From assembly GCF_963921235.1 (NCBI RefSeq), contig NC_086097.1, positions 70,310,001-70,374,000 of the forward strand: DNA of 64,000 nt, read 5' to 3'. The stretch is from Mobula hypostoma (Eukaryota). The notes under the pieces are model-generated. The model did no database searches. It worked only from the letters and a program-made list of their open reading frames with translations, and had not been told where the DNA came from. A program made the translations under genes and the position numbers. This document shows positions 1-12,471 of this stretch, one piece after another; the stretch's first letter is position 1; each line of letters opens with the position of its first letter.

Positions 1-719
1 ATCTGTTAAGTTGAATAAATATTTATGCCTCTAATATTCATTTACATTTAGAAATAAATTTAAAAAAAATTAAATAACAAGGACATTAAAAAATAATTAA
101 ATGTAAGTAAATTAAGTACATGATATAAATGATCTTGTAACTGGTTTTCTCTCCATATGTTCCACCCCCCCCCCCCCATTAAGATGAACAAGACACACCT
201 AGTGCAACACTAGCAGGCAGGTTTTCTGGTCTAAGTGCTATGGAATCTGTGGATATTATCACCAACCGCCAATGGACTCCAGGAGTCCAATGTTGGAACG
301 CAACTGCCCAAGGATTATAATCAATTATGTGGGTATTCAAGACACTAGTCTTCCACTTAGTAGTCCTAAACTTCTGCAGTTACCTGGGTAAAAGTCTGCA
401 GCTCAGAGTAGAATTCCTGGATTTTTGATAGACATTCCAAGTAAATATTTCATAATCCAGAGGCATTAACCATTTGAGAAGGAACAGTTAGGCACGGATT
501 TAAAAAAACAGATCACTTCAACTTCATACTTACAGCAAGCTTCCATATGTAGTGTGTATACACTGAGATTTAATTAGAGACCTCATCAGAAAATAACAGT
601 TTTACTCAAAACCCTATTTTATTTTGTTTTAAGGAATTCAGTGTTGTGACTTTTTAAAATTAATTTCATCTGGTTAATTTCATCAGATATTTTAAAATGC
701 AAAATAAACAGGATATTAC

Positions 720-836
720 CCTTCAGGTTCTGTATATTCTCGTCCATCTTTACAGAGGCATCTTCTTGCGTCACATCGGTGATAACGGTGCAGCAATTCC
801 GCAAATGCATTTTCTTCAAGTTCCCAGGAAGCATCC
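720..836 (-). CDS. G2E3: G2E3 exon ([38 protein letters not shown])
   Basis: 117 nt with gcag|...|gtaata. Contains the hallmark [10 protein letters not shown] motif. The gene continues beyond the window start. Confidence 0.96.
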
Positions 837-1239
837 CTGCATAGAATGAAATGAAACAGTTGGTAATAGAGGAAGAAGTATTGCTGCATAAAGAGTGGAA
901 ATGAGGACAGGCTTTCTGCAATGAGCAATACAAGTTCATAAAATATCTAAAATCAACACTTTCTGGATTCAAAACTGCAATACTGTTTTCATCTCCAGGC
1001 ATTCAAATTGGAAAATCAAAAAAAAAACCTAAATTCTCCCAGTGGAATAAAGGGCCGAGTCAAATTATTATTGTAAAGTGAGGGAAATGATGCAACATAA
1101 TTAAAATAATGGGAACTAAAAGAGGAAGGATCACTATAAATTAAAGTCAGTGCTGTGCAATCACGCCTATTCCTCTTAAATTTTCTTGTGTTGTATTTAT
1201 TTATTTCTTTCATCCAAGGGAGTAAAAAATTTTTATGCT

Positions 1240-2265
1240 GCGTCTTCATCACAATGTACAAGTAATAAATTGGGGAAATGTGGGAGGATATTGCCCAAAC
1301 ACTAAGATTGTATACATATATGTACAGTCAAATATGCAATCAGATCAATGTGTATTGATCTATCTGATGGCCTGGTGAAAGAAGCTGTCCCAGAGCCTGG
1401 TGGTCCTGGCCTTAATGCTGCAGTACTGTTTGGCAGACAGTAGCAGCTGTACACTTTGTGGTTGGGGGTGGCTGGAGACCCTGATGATTCTCTGGGCCCT
1501 TTTTACGCAGCTGCTGCTGTAAATGTCCTGAACAGAGGAAAGTTCACATCCATTCTCTGCAGTGCCCAGTGATTGAGAGTAGTACAGTTCTGGTACCAGA
1601 AAGTGACACAGCCAGTCAGGATGCTCTCGATGGTGCCTCTGTAGGAAGTCCTGAGAATATGGGTACCCATGTCGAACTTTATCAGCTGTCTGAGGTGAAA
1701 GAGGCACTGTTGTGCTTTTTTCACCACACAGCTGGTATGTACAGTCCAGGTGAGATCCTTGGTGATCTGTATACTGAGGAACCTGAAACTACTCATCCCC
1801 TCAACTACAGTCCCACTGATGTCAATCGGAGCTAGTCTGTCTCTGTTCCTCCTGTATTCCATGATCAACTCCTTCGTTTTTCGACATTGAGGGAGAGGTT
1901 GTTTTCTTGGCACCACTGTCAGGACGTTGACTTCTTCTCAGTAGGCTGTCTTATCATTGTTGGAAATAAAGCCCATCAATGTCATGTCATCTGCAAAGTT
2001 GATCAGCAGATTGGAGCTGTGTTTGGCAACACAGTCACGGGTGTATAGGGAGTAGAGGAAGGGGCTCAGGAAATAGCCCTGCAGGGCTCCTGTGTTGAGG
2101 ATCAGAGGGGTAGAGGTGAGGGTGCCCATCTTTACCACCCATTGGCAATCCAACAAGGTGGGGTATAGGCCAAGGTCTCTGAGCTTCTTGTCGAGCCTAG
2201 GGGGAAATTATGATGTTGAATGCTGAACTTAGTCCAAGAACAGCATTCTAACATAAGCATCAATT
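1240..2265 (-). mobile_element. Rex1/Babar-type LINE, 5'-truncated and degenerate
   Basis: ORF fragments LNTGALQG.FLSPFLYSLYT.DC...FADD and KTKELI.....APIDISGTVVE..SSFRFL. Confidence 0.85.
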
Positions 2266-2337
2266 ATCATTGATAGAGAATTATCCCTAATAATTAATAA
2301 GCACAACAAAAACTTTAACTGATAAATGCAAACATAC

Positions 2338-2444
2338 CTTTCTGGTACATGGATCCCCAATCGCAACATCTCCTTTTGGAAGTCTTCCTTATTACTGCAG
2401 ATGGTGCACTTGAAGAAGAACACTCCAGCACTCAGTGCCTGATG
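2338..2444 (-). CDS. G2E3: G2E3 exon ([36 protein letters not shown])
   Basis: 107 nt with canonical splice sites. Overlaps ORF 2229..2423 and matches G2E3 AGVFFF.CTIC.N...FQKEMLR.GIH.PE. Confidence 0.96.
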
Positions 2445-2989
2445 CTACCAAAAAAAAACAATTACATTCAGCAACAAATAATAAAAATTACAGGTAAAGA
2501 CAGCACTTTTTCAGGTCGCAATTATAACTTTAAGGGAACGTGACAAGGCTGGTAGCTTAGTATACCATGTGATAGAGGAGAATAATAGGTAAACTAATTA
2601 AGAATAATAGGTAAATTAAGTATACCTTGGTGGGGCATACTGCAACACGAGTGAAAATTCATCGCAAGTCAGAAGAATGTTGCAGTGGGAAAGGATACAC
2701 GTTGGTAAAAGGCTTTGGTCCATATTAACGAGGTACAAATATTGGAAAGCAAAAAGCAAGTTGGGGAATGGAAAAGCATAAAGATGTAAAAAAGCAACAA
2801 AGGATATTGGTTTGAAAAGGAGTCAGAAACAACCAGGTTGCAATAATGCACAAGACTCAATGAAAATGCCTTCAGTACTGAATGATATATTTGACGTACT
2901 GAGAAAAACAATTGAACTATTCTCAACTTGACTTCATTTTAGGACAGATTAACAGCCAATATCCATTACAAATTTGTAGACCACAATAA

Positions 2990-3500
2990 CTATTTTGAAC
3001 ACATCCCCTTCTGCGCTCGCTCATGCAAGGACTCTGCTTCATTTTCCAGTTTCTGCCACTCCAACATATCCTCTCTGATGACAATTTCATCCACAACAGT
3101 ACTTATGAGATAAATTCTTTTGTCCTACACTATAGTTTCCCCTCCACAATAATCAGCAGGGCTCTCAATCATGCTTAATTTCCTAGCTCTCACTACTTTC
3201 TGTACTCCCCTTCCCCTCCCAGAACAAAAACAGGATCCCTTCAAGCCTCTTCCTCCACCTTACATGCTTCCAATTCAATAGATCATCTTCTCCAATACCG
3301 GTGAGATGTTTTTCACTCTTAACATTCCCAAAGGAGTGTTACCCTCCATCATTTTTAAACTTTATCCTGGTTCTGATCAAAGGCTATCAACCCAAAATAG
3401 TCTCTCCATTTTTGCCTCCACATGTATTGCTAACCTGCAAAGTACCTTCCTCAATTTCCTGTTTTTCTTCCAATTTCCAGAATCAGCAGTATTTTGAAAA
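2990..3500 (+). mobile_element. Degenerate Penelope-like element remnant (RT C-terminal region plus pLTR tail)
   Basis: Decayed SCKDS..FSQF...SDD..FH....EI.SF....FPSTII.RAL-like coding, followed by a pLTR-like tail. Confidence 0.55.
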
Positions 3501-3545
3501 TAATACCAAGAACAGATCACGATTTTCTTTTTAACTTTCACTCAC

Positions 3546-3717
3546 CTGCAAACATTGCCTGTGAAACCATGTATTTTTACAGCAAGGACTCTTTAAGACA
3601 TCATAGGAAGGAAGAGGGTCAATGGACTCTAAACAGACAGCACATGTATTAGAACCGCCTGACCATATGGATGCACATGGTATCTTTTGAACAGGTTTAT
3701 GTTCCCAACAGTAAGAC
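3546..3717 (-). CDS. G2E3: G2E3 exon (SYCWEHKPVQ...CAVCLESIDPLPSYDVLKSPCCKNTWFHRQCLQ)
   Basis: 172 nt with ccag|...|gtgag. Second PHD/RING-like finger. Confidence 0.95.
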
Positions 3718-3769
3718 CTGGAAGGTTAAAGGAACAGGAACACTATTAATTCAATTTACAAGGTTTGCA

Positions 3770-4150
3770 TAAAGGATTTTCCCACACAAGCACAGGAGAA
3801 GTAAAAACTTTCCTTTTACATCATCTCTTCCACCACTTGGGGACCCACCAATCCTACCAAATAAAGCAACTTGCCTTGTTTGTATTTTAGTGCACTACAT
3901 TCAGAGTTAATAATGTGGTATCTCTATCCTGGAGAAAAATTTGATAACCACTGATAGAACATCTGCATTGAGTCCACTAGAATGACTTTCATCTCCCTGT
4001 TATTTGCCAGTTTAATTTTCCATCTCTCTCTTACCCTGACATGTTTGTAGCTTCCTGTACTGTTAAAAGGCCCAATTCAAGCTCAAGGAACAAATCCTCA
4101 TCTGGTGAATGAGCACTTTGCAGTCTTCTGAACTCCATATCTAATTCTCT
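3770..4150 (+). mobile_element. Degenerate Penelope-like GIY-YIG endonuclease remnant
   Basis: Decayed similarity to the GIY-YIG region at 11713-11970 (CG.LY.GE...EHL....LPV...F, KLKEQ.LI). Confidence 0.5.
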
Positions 4151-5405
4151 AATATCTAATTCTAATTCAGAGCGAGTCATTTCTCCAGTAAGTTTTCTTT
4201 TAATTTCAGGTTGAAATTATTTGAATTGAAATTTGTCAGATGCCCTGAATTCAAACTCTGGTCTCTGGCTGCAAATCAAGTAAGCTGGGTAATCAACACT
4301 GTATAATTCGTGTGCAATTATCCTCTACTCATTCTTTTCTTACTGGAATAATCTGTTTTTGTTTTTTCCCCTGCCTGTCAAAATATCTTAGCTCTTTAAA
4401 AAGACTGCTATTTCAGTAAATTGACTTTTTATTGAGTTCTACAAGTGATCCAAACTCACATGATCACACTTGTCAATATTGTTCCTTTAAATTATTTAAT
4501 ATTGTTTCTCGCCAACTAATCATTATTGAAATTATTTTATATATATATATATAAAAAAATAATTGAACAAGAATAGTTAAAAAACATGGAAAGGGTTCTT
4601 GAGTTCACGTTGCAATTTTAAGGGTGACTAATATGATACCCAGGGGAAAACTTGTTCTATTTGAAGCAAACATTCTCAAGAAAAGGCAATAAATGCCGCC
4701 ATGCTGGTGTAATTCAAAGAGACACCCCTCCCCCAAACAAAAAACTTTAAAATTAATAGCCTTGTCCACATAGCAAGTTGCATTTATTTGCTTTTCAGTA
4801 AAATGACACTGCATAGAATTACACAATTTTTAAGAAACAAGAACAATTAGAACAAAGAAAAGGTCAATTTTAGTGCAAAGTGGTCATAGCATTGCTAAAC
4901 TAACAATTAGGGTTTTGCCAGTTAGTTCAAGACACACATGGTTGAAGGGAAGGAGCTGCTTTGGAATCTGGTGACATGGGACTTGAAGCCTTTATACCTT
5001 CTGCTCAAAGAAGACAACACGTGACGATATTTGTGACAGTGTCTTGGGCTACTTTAATGTTGAAATCTGGAATTCAAATTGATCTGTAGAAAAGATGAAC
5101 ATCAGTTTGTGAAGCAAAAAAAAAATTAAAAGACAAAAGAGGAAATGTTGTGATGGGGCTTCTGTTTTCAAAGAAGCAAAGAGCTGGATATCATTTGAAA
5201 AGAATAAGGACAGCAGGTTTGTAAAGCAGTCAAGGAAGAATTTTGAAAAAACGTGGTGCCATGAAAAATACTAGATAAAATAGGCGACAGAAAATAAGTA
5301 GGGTTTTCAGTAAGTAGATTGGAATAAGTTTGAGAAGCGGGCGTAACTGCAAAAGATGATTGCAATTAAGTTGTACCTGTTCATTTGGAAAACGTTTAAA
5401 CTTAC

Positions 5406-5530
5406 GGAAACTGTCCTGTAAACTGGAAAATACATTGATTCTCCACACCACAAGGAAAATGAAAGCTCCTCCGACATTTTCTAATGGCACAGCCTATTGA
5501 TGCCCCACGCATCTTGCACACCCGACATTT
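5406..5530 (-). CDS. G2E3: G2E3 exon ([41 protein letters not shown])
   Basis: 125 nt with canonical splice sites. Contains the ePHD motif GASIGC...C.RS.HFPCG....CIFQFTG. Confidence 0.95.
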
Positions 5531-6103
5531 CTACAAAAATAAATTGGAAATGAAGCATTTGATCCCATATATCTTTGAAATAAAATCCAATAACCTGAGC
5601 AAATATAAAATGCAAATAGGCTGACCCCACCTCATGACTGAGAAGAACAACATAGGAGGAGGGGGAAGAGGCAGTGGGTGAAGTAATCAACCACAAATTA
5701 TAAATAATAAATAGCTGCTAACAATTTCAGAATTCCTGTGGTTTAAATACATGATTATATTTGTCAAAGCAAACAAATCAACTGCTGCAATTTACCAATC
5801 ACTGGATCCTGTAATTTTATATTAATTAATTTTATAGGCAGAAAAGTAAATTCAATCCTACTAAATTAAACTTTGTAAAGCCCAGGACTTCATGGAAAGC
5901 CTGATTAAATGTTACATTCAACAATAACGTACATTTATATTTACATTTCAGTGTCAGGAGGCTGATGAAAATTAAAAGATGCTGGTAGGATGAATAAGTT
6001 TTGGGGAGTGAGACAATGAGGTCACCACACAAGGAGATGTTTGAAAGGATGAGAAATGATCAATTAAAAAGGGAGGAATGACAAAGAACAACTTTTCATT
6101 AGC

Positions 6104-6266
6104 AAACAACAGGAATTCTGCAGATGCTGGAAATTCAAGCAACACACATAAAAGTTGCTGGTGAACGCAGCAGGCCAGGCCAGGGTCTCGGCCTGAAACG
6201 TCGACTGCACCTCTTCCTAGAGATGCTGCCTGGCCTGCTGCGTTCACCAGCAACTTTTATGTGTGT
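6104..6266. mobile_element. Miniature inverted Penelope-end insertion (hairpin)
   Basis: Perfect 39-bp inverted arms at 6142-6180 and 6228-6266, with the same sequence as the ends of the 11.3-12.6 kb element. TSD aacttttcatta(g/a)c at 6090-6103 and 6267-6280. Confidence 0.85.
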
Positions 6267-7065
6267 AACTTTTCATTAACTAAGTTTTAGCAAAGCCCTC
6301 AATGAGATGAGGTTTCTGGTTGTGGTCAACGGAGAAAATCATCTAGGAGAGTTTTATAATTGTCAAATGAAGCTGAAAGACCTTCGGTAAGAGTTTCAGA
6401 TGCATACAGACTGTGCAGAAGCAGAAATAAAGGACATCATGAAGTAGAGGTTGGTGCTTACTGTTACAGAGAAAATAAAAGTTCAGAAGCTGAGCTCACA
6501 GTTGGTAGAACACTGAAATTTACCCAAAGTAATGCAGAATTTGGGATTGAATCAGTTAAAGATTGAGAAAAGGAACACCAAGACTGTTAATATTAATTTT
6601 TCACCTAAAAGTGGACAGAACCACAAATACCATAAAATGGGTGCCAAAATCCTATTCTACATAATCAAGAATGGAAGCACCCTATTAATTTACTGAAAAC
6701 TTCAAAACAGAATGTAATTACTCCCTGCATCATCATTTGATGGTGACACTTCACTATTTAACTAAATTTTCCTTATGATGCTTATGCCATCTGCCTTGTA
6801 CAAACTGCAAGTGGCAGCGTGGCCTCTCATTACTATATCACACTTTAGCTGATTGCTATTCAAATTGTACCTACTCCATGTGTTCTTCTATGTTTCTATC
6901 TGTTAGAAATCTCAAAAACCAGTATGACCAAAATGCCATACCATGATTTTGTTAACATAACTACTGTTTTTACTGCCCTTGACTGTTGCCCTCTACAATT
7001 TTGGAATTTCAATTGAAATGGAGCATTGTGGAAACCAGTTTAATAAAATTGTGCATTATACTTAC

Positions 7066-7167
7066 CATTCTTGAAGCTCTAGAAATTTCCTTTTTGATAT
7101 CATGAGCCAGAAATCCATAAATTCCTTCATTCTCTTCTCCACGTTGATACAAGCCACTTGACATAAT
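7066..7167 (-). CDS. G2E3: G2E3 exon ([34 protein letters not shown])
   Basis: 102 nt with ag|...|gtaagt. Matches G2E3 MSSG..QRG...EG.YGFL..DI.KE..RAS. Confidence 0.95.
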
Positions 7168-10100
7168 CTACAAAGTCAAATTTAACAATCGTTTTGATTT
7201 GGAGACCACAAGATAAAATTCAATACAAATTATAACTTTTCAAAAATCTTATTAAAAGAACTATCAATGGTACCCAATGCCTTTTTAAAAGGATGACTAC
7301 AACATCTTCAGAAACACAGTTATCATAGTTATAAGGGATCCTATGCAACAAAATACCCTCATCCAAAATATGGTTTACCATACCCATCCTCCAATAATGG
7401 CTTGCCAGCATCATCCTGATCTGTGGGTTTATACTAGCCATGTTTCATTCTTAATCAGATGATCATCCACAATGCTATCTCTTCCAACTCCTACAATGCT
7501 ACCTATCATCGACAATCCACGTGCTAAAGCAATAACTTAGCATGAGGAAATGAATATTCAAATCAAAACATGTAAATATGAACAGAAACATTTACCCATC
7601 TAAAAAAAATTTTATTAATTTTTTTATTGCAACACCCAACAAATTACATTCAATACAACCAATTGCCAATTACACTTTGACTGTTTATCCCAGCCACCCC
7701 CCCTCCCCTCCACCAACCAACTGAATAGTAGTACATACACAGACAATGCATTCCTATTTTAACAAAACATCTCTTAAGTTAGATATCAAATTTGTCCACA
7801 TTGTGTTTGGTCGTGCATCATTTACTCTTGCTGATGAAAGTTCCAGGTATGAAATGTCCAAAAAGCTCCGAAGCCAGTGAGTATTTGAAATATCATGGGG
7901 AGGTTTCCAACGCTGAACTACAATCTTCTTAGCTGCAGTCAGGCCTGCCAGCTAGATTTTGCGTGTTTTTTCCATAAGGGAAAGGTGGGAGTCATCATTT
8001 AGAAGATGTACAGTTGGGTCCATTGGTAATTGTACCCCTGTTAGTTCTGTAAGAGTACTGATAATCTTCCCCCACAAACCAAAAACCCCTGGACATTCCC
8101 ATACAACATGTATAAAAGAGCCAATGGCTCCATGGGGGCAAAATGAGCAATATGGGCCAGGAACCAGTCCCATTTGATGTCTAATTCTCGGTGTTAAATA
8201 TGGTCTATGACAAAATTTCAAGTGTATATATCGATGATTTGGGTTTTTCGAAGCACCGGCATCATTATCCCAAATCGCATCCCAGTCTAAGTCTTGTCCC
8301 AATTCAGATATGTCCCTATCCCAGGCTTTCATTCCTGATGTGGGCATATATTTCTGGGAGTTTAATTTATCATAGGTAAATGACACTACCTGTCCTGGAG
8401 CACTCTGTATCCAACTTAAAATGGGATGGACCTTTAAATCTGACCCCCAGGGAACGCTGTAGACTTTACAAGCTGATCTTACTCAAAAGTAGAAGAAAAG
8501 AGAGTGTTTATCAATATCATATCGAGATATCAGTTCTTGAAAGCTAAGGATAGTACTTGCCCCATTAATATCTTGAAGAGTAGTAATACCTTTATCCTCC
8601 CAAGTGAATGGTTTCCCCCCAGAGAGAAAACGATTATAGTTCCATAATGGAGATGATTTGCACCATACGCTTTTAAGTTTTAGGAATTTTTCTGCTGCTC
8701 TAAACACTTGTAGCATATGGGTTAAAATTGGACCGTAATACAAATCAGATTCTTTGGTAGACATACCTATCAGGAGAAAGTCTTTCAACTTTATTGGCGC
8801 TATTAGCTCTTGTTCTATATTTTTCCATGATGAAACTTCATCTTCCTCCATCCAATAGCTAAGACTTTTTAATACAAATGCCCAGTGATACAATTTAAAA
8901 TTTGGACATGCCAATCCCCCATCTGACTTTTTGAATTGTAGAGCTGACCATTTTTTATTGGGTCATTTATCATTCCAAACTTACCATTCCTTACCATTCG
9001 TAGTAAGGAGTCCAGTTTTTGCCAATATCCTGCTAGAGGTGCAAGTGGGATCATTAAGCTGATAAAATTAATGCGGGGTAAGATGTTCATTTTAATGACC
9101 AATATACGGGCTGGGACTGATGCTGGCAGGTGTCTCCATCTATTAATATCTTCTATTTTTTTTTTCAAAATTAAACAGTAATTTGTTTTAGCCACAGATG
9201 ATAGAGAAGTATTAACTTTAATACCCAAGTAGAGGACCTTATTTGTAATCTTAATCTGGGGAGGGAGAGACACCTTACTTTTATCCGTATTAATCAGCAT
9301 CAGTGCTGATTTTGACAAATTAACTTTGTATCCTGAAAGAAATCCAAATTGCTCCAGTGTTTTTAAAACATAGGGGAGAGTTTGTTGAACATTTGCCATA
9401 TAAACTAGCGTGTCATCCATGTAGATATCGAATGTGATGTTGTACCTATTGTAATAGGGGAGATCTGAGAAGAGTTTCTAATTAAATGTGCGAGTGGTTT
9501 AATAGATATAGTAAAAGTTAAAGGAGACAAAGGGTCCCCTTGTCGTGTGTCCCATCCTATGTCAAATAATTCTGAGAAACCTCCTCCCACACATACCCGG
9601 GCTGAAAGGTTAGCATACGGTGTTTGAATCATATTGATAAGTTTATCGCCGAACTTAAATTCTTTTAGAACTCTCCAAAGCTATGGCCATTCAAGGCAAT
9701 CGAACGCTTTTTCAGCATCTAGAAATAGCAGGCCACAGGCAGGCGGGATTTTATGTGTTGCACTCAGTATGTGTAAGAGCCGGTGAATATTATCAGATGT
9801 GAGACGCCCCCTGATAAAGCCAGTTTGATCTGGGCTAATTATTTTCCCAACTACTGTCTCAAGTCTACTGGCTAAGACTTTGGGAAATATCTTGAGGTTG
9901 GCATTTATCAAGGAGATTGGACGGTAATTGGCACACTGCAAGGGGTCCTTACTGGGCTTAGGTATAACTGTGATCAGGGCTGTGTTTAGATCTCTATGGA
10001 AAGCGCCATTTCCAAAAGCATAATTTAATGTTTCTAACCATACTGGTCCAAGAATATCCCGAAGTGCTAAAGTTCCACAGGTATGCCATCTAAACCTGGC

Positions 10101-11368
10101 GTATGGCCCTTATTTGTATCTTTGACTGCTTTAAGTAGCTCATCCAGTGTAATAGGAGAGTCTAGAGTTTTGGTGTTCTCTAATGACAATGTAGGGAGGT
10201 CTAATCCACTAAAAAAATCTGTGAAGTCATTCTCAGAAGGAACTGAACCACTTGTATACAGCTCTTTAAAGTAATTCTTGAATGTCTCGTTTATTTCCTC
10301 TGTTGAAGATACTACTCCACATTCAGGACATCTACTCGCTGGTATAGACCTTTTAGCTTCCTGTTGTTTGAGCGTTAGAGCTAAAAGATGGCTCCGTTTG
10401 CTGCCTTCTGCGTAATACTTATGTTTAGTTATATGGATCATATATTTTGCCCTGCTTCTCAATAAATCATTTAATTCTGCTCGTTTTGTTTTGAGCTCGT
10501 TTTCTTTTGTTAAAACCTTACATTCTTCTTCTAGGGTGGAAATCTTTTGAAGCTGGCTTTTATGTAGGTGGGAACTAAAATATATGGCATTATTTCTTAA
10601 GAAACCCTCGATGGAGGCCCAAATCACTGTCACATCTGAGACATTATTTTTATTTAAATTTATAAATTCTGTCAGTTTTGTTCTCCGTTGTGATAGAAAT
10701 TAGTCTTTTTTTTTAGAAGGGTGGAGTTAAACCTCCACCTAGTAGCTTCATTTTCAATTTTGGCATAATTAAAAGTAGATATGACTGGGTTGTGATCAGA
10801 TAGATGTCTGGGCAAAAATTCTATTGAGTGCACTAAAGGCAGCACACCGGAGGATATAAGAATGTAATCCATCTGAGAGAAAGTTTTTAATGTCTTATGG
10901 AGAAGAAGGTATAGTCTTTAGCAGATGGATTATTCACCTTCCACACATCAGTTAAATTTAAATCCGTTAGAGAAAGGTTAAGTGCTTTGGAAGCAGATTC
11001 TTGAGAGCTTGATATAGTTGAGCAAGGTTTATCGAAATTAATGTTTACCAAAGCATTCGTGTCCGAACCAACATATAGTTGGTAGTCTCTTAACTTCAGT
11101 AGTTGTGAGGTAATTGAGGGAAAAAATTCAACCCCGAATATAGTTGGGGCATATAGGCTAATGAATGCAACTTTCTCTTAAAAAGCTAGACGTCCTTTAT
11201 TGACTGCGCCAGTCCTTTCAATTCATACATTAATATTACGTCTCATTAATATCATAACTCCTTTTGTACGAGTACCATCAGCTGATGCAACAACGGGTTT
11301 ATAAAGCAACACACATAAAAGTTGCTGGTGAACGCAGCAGGCCAGGCAGTATCTCTGGGAAGAGGTGC

Positions 11369-11404
11369 AGTCGACGTTTCAGGCCGAGACCCTTCGTCAG
11401 GACT
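11369..11404 (-). ncRNA. Minimal type I hammerhead ribozyme motif (PLE pLTR), sense to G2E3
   Basis: Reverse complement reads AGTC-CTGACGA-AGG gtctcgg CCT-GAAAC-GTC-GACT. Confidence 0.8.
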
Positions 11405-12435
11405 AACTGAAGGAAGAGCTAGTAAGAGATTTGAAAGTTGGAGGGGGAGGGGGAGGGGGAGGGGGAGATCCAAAATGATAGGAGAAGACAGGAGGGGGAG
11501 GGATGGAGCCAAGAGCTGGACAGGTGATAGGCAAAAGGGATACGAGAGGATCATGGGACAGGGAGTCTGGGAAGAAAGACAAGGGGGAGGGGGGGACCCA
11601 GAGGATGGGCAAGGGGTATATGCAGAGGGACAGAGGGAGAAAAAGGAGAGTAAGAGAAAGAATGTGTGTATAAAAATAAGTAACAGATGGGGTACGAGGG
11701 GGAGGTGGGGCATTAGCGGAAGTTAGAGAAGTCGATGTTCATGCCATCAGGTTGGAGGCTACCCAGACGGAATATAAGGTGTTGTTCCTCTAACCTGAGT
11801 GTGGCTTCATCTTTACAGTAGAGGAGGCCGTGGATAGACATATCAGAATGGGAATGGGATGTGGAATTAAAATGTGTGGCCACTGGGAGATCCTGCTTTC
11901 TCTGGCGGACAGAGCGTAGGTGTTCAGCAAAGCGGTCTCCCAGTCTGTGTCGGGTCTCGCCAATATATAAAAGGCCACACATTTTAATTCCACATCCCAT
12001 TCCCATTCTGACATGTCTATCCACGGCCTCCTCTACTGTAAAGATGAAGCCACACTCAGGTTGGAGGAACAACACCTTATATTCCATCTAGGTAGCCTCC
12101 AACCTGATGGCATGAACATCGACTTCTCTAACTTCCGCTAATGCCCCACCTCCCCCTCGTACCCCATCTGTTACTTATTTTTATACACACATTCTTTCTC
12201 TCACTCTCCTTTTTTCTCCTTCTGTCCCTCTGAATATACCCCTTGCCCATCCTCTGGGTCCCCCCCCCCTTGTCTTTCTTCCCGGACCTCCTGTCCCATG
12301 ATCCTCTCGTATCCCTTTTGCCTATCACCTGTCCAGCTCTTGGCTCCATCCCTCCCCCTCCTGTCTTCTCCTATCATTTTGGATCTCCCCCTCCCCCTCC
12401 CACTTTCAAATCCCTTACTCACTCTTCCTTCAGTT

Positions 12436-12471
12436 AGTCCTGACGAAGGGTCTTGGCCTGAAACGTCGACT
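12436..12471 (+). ncRNA. Minimal type I hammerhead ribozyme motif (PLE pLTR)
   Basis: AGTC-CTGACGA-AGG gtcttgg CCT-GAAAC-GTC-GACT. This gives stem I, the conserved CUGANGA and GAAA core, stem II, a palindromic ACGU stem III and a GUC cleavage triplet. Confidence 0.8.

Noticed and set aside
619..1002. 127-aa ORF as a gene
   Set aside because: Wrong frame. The real exon (720-836) is in the frame of ORF 716..928.
2579..2622. 22-bp tandem duplication (agaataataggtaaa...)
   Set aside because: Ordinary slippage duplication in an intron.
2990..4150. Collinear Penelope halves on either side of a G2E3 exon (exon capture?)
   Set aside because: The exon is conserved and in its normal order, and the left remnant has its own pLTR tail. 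Two independent old insertions is the simpler explanation.
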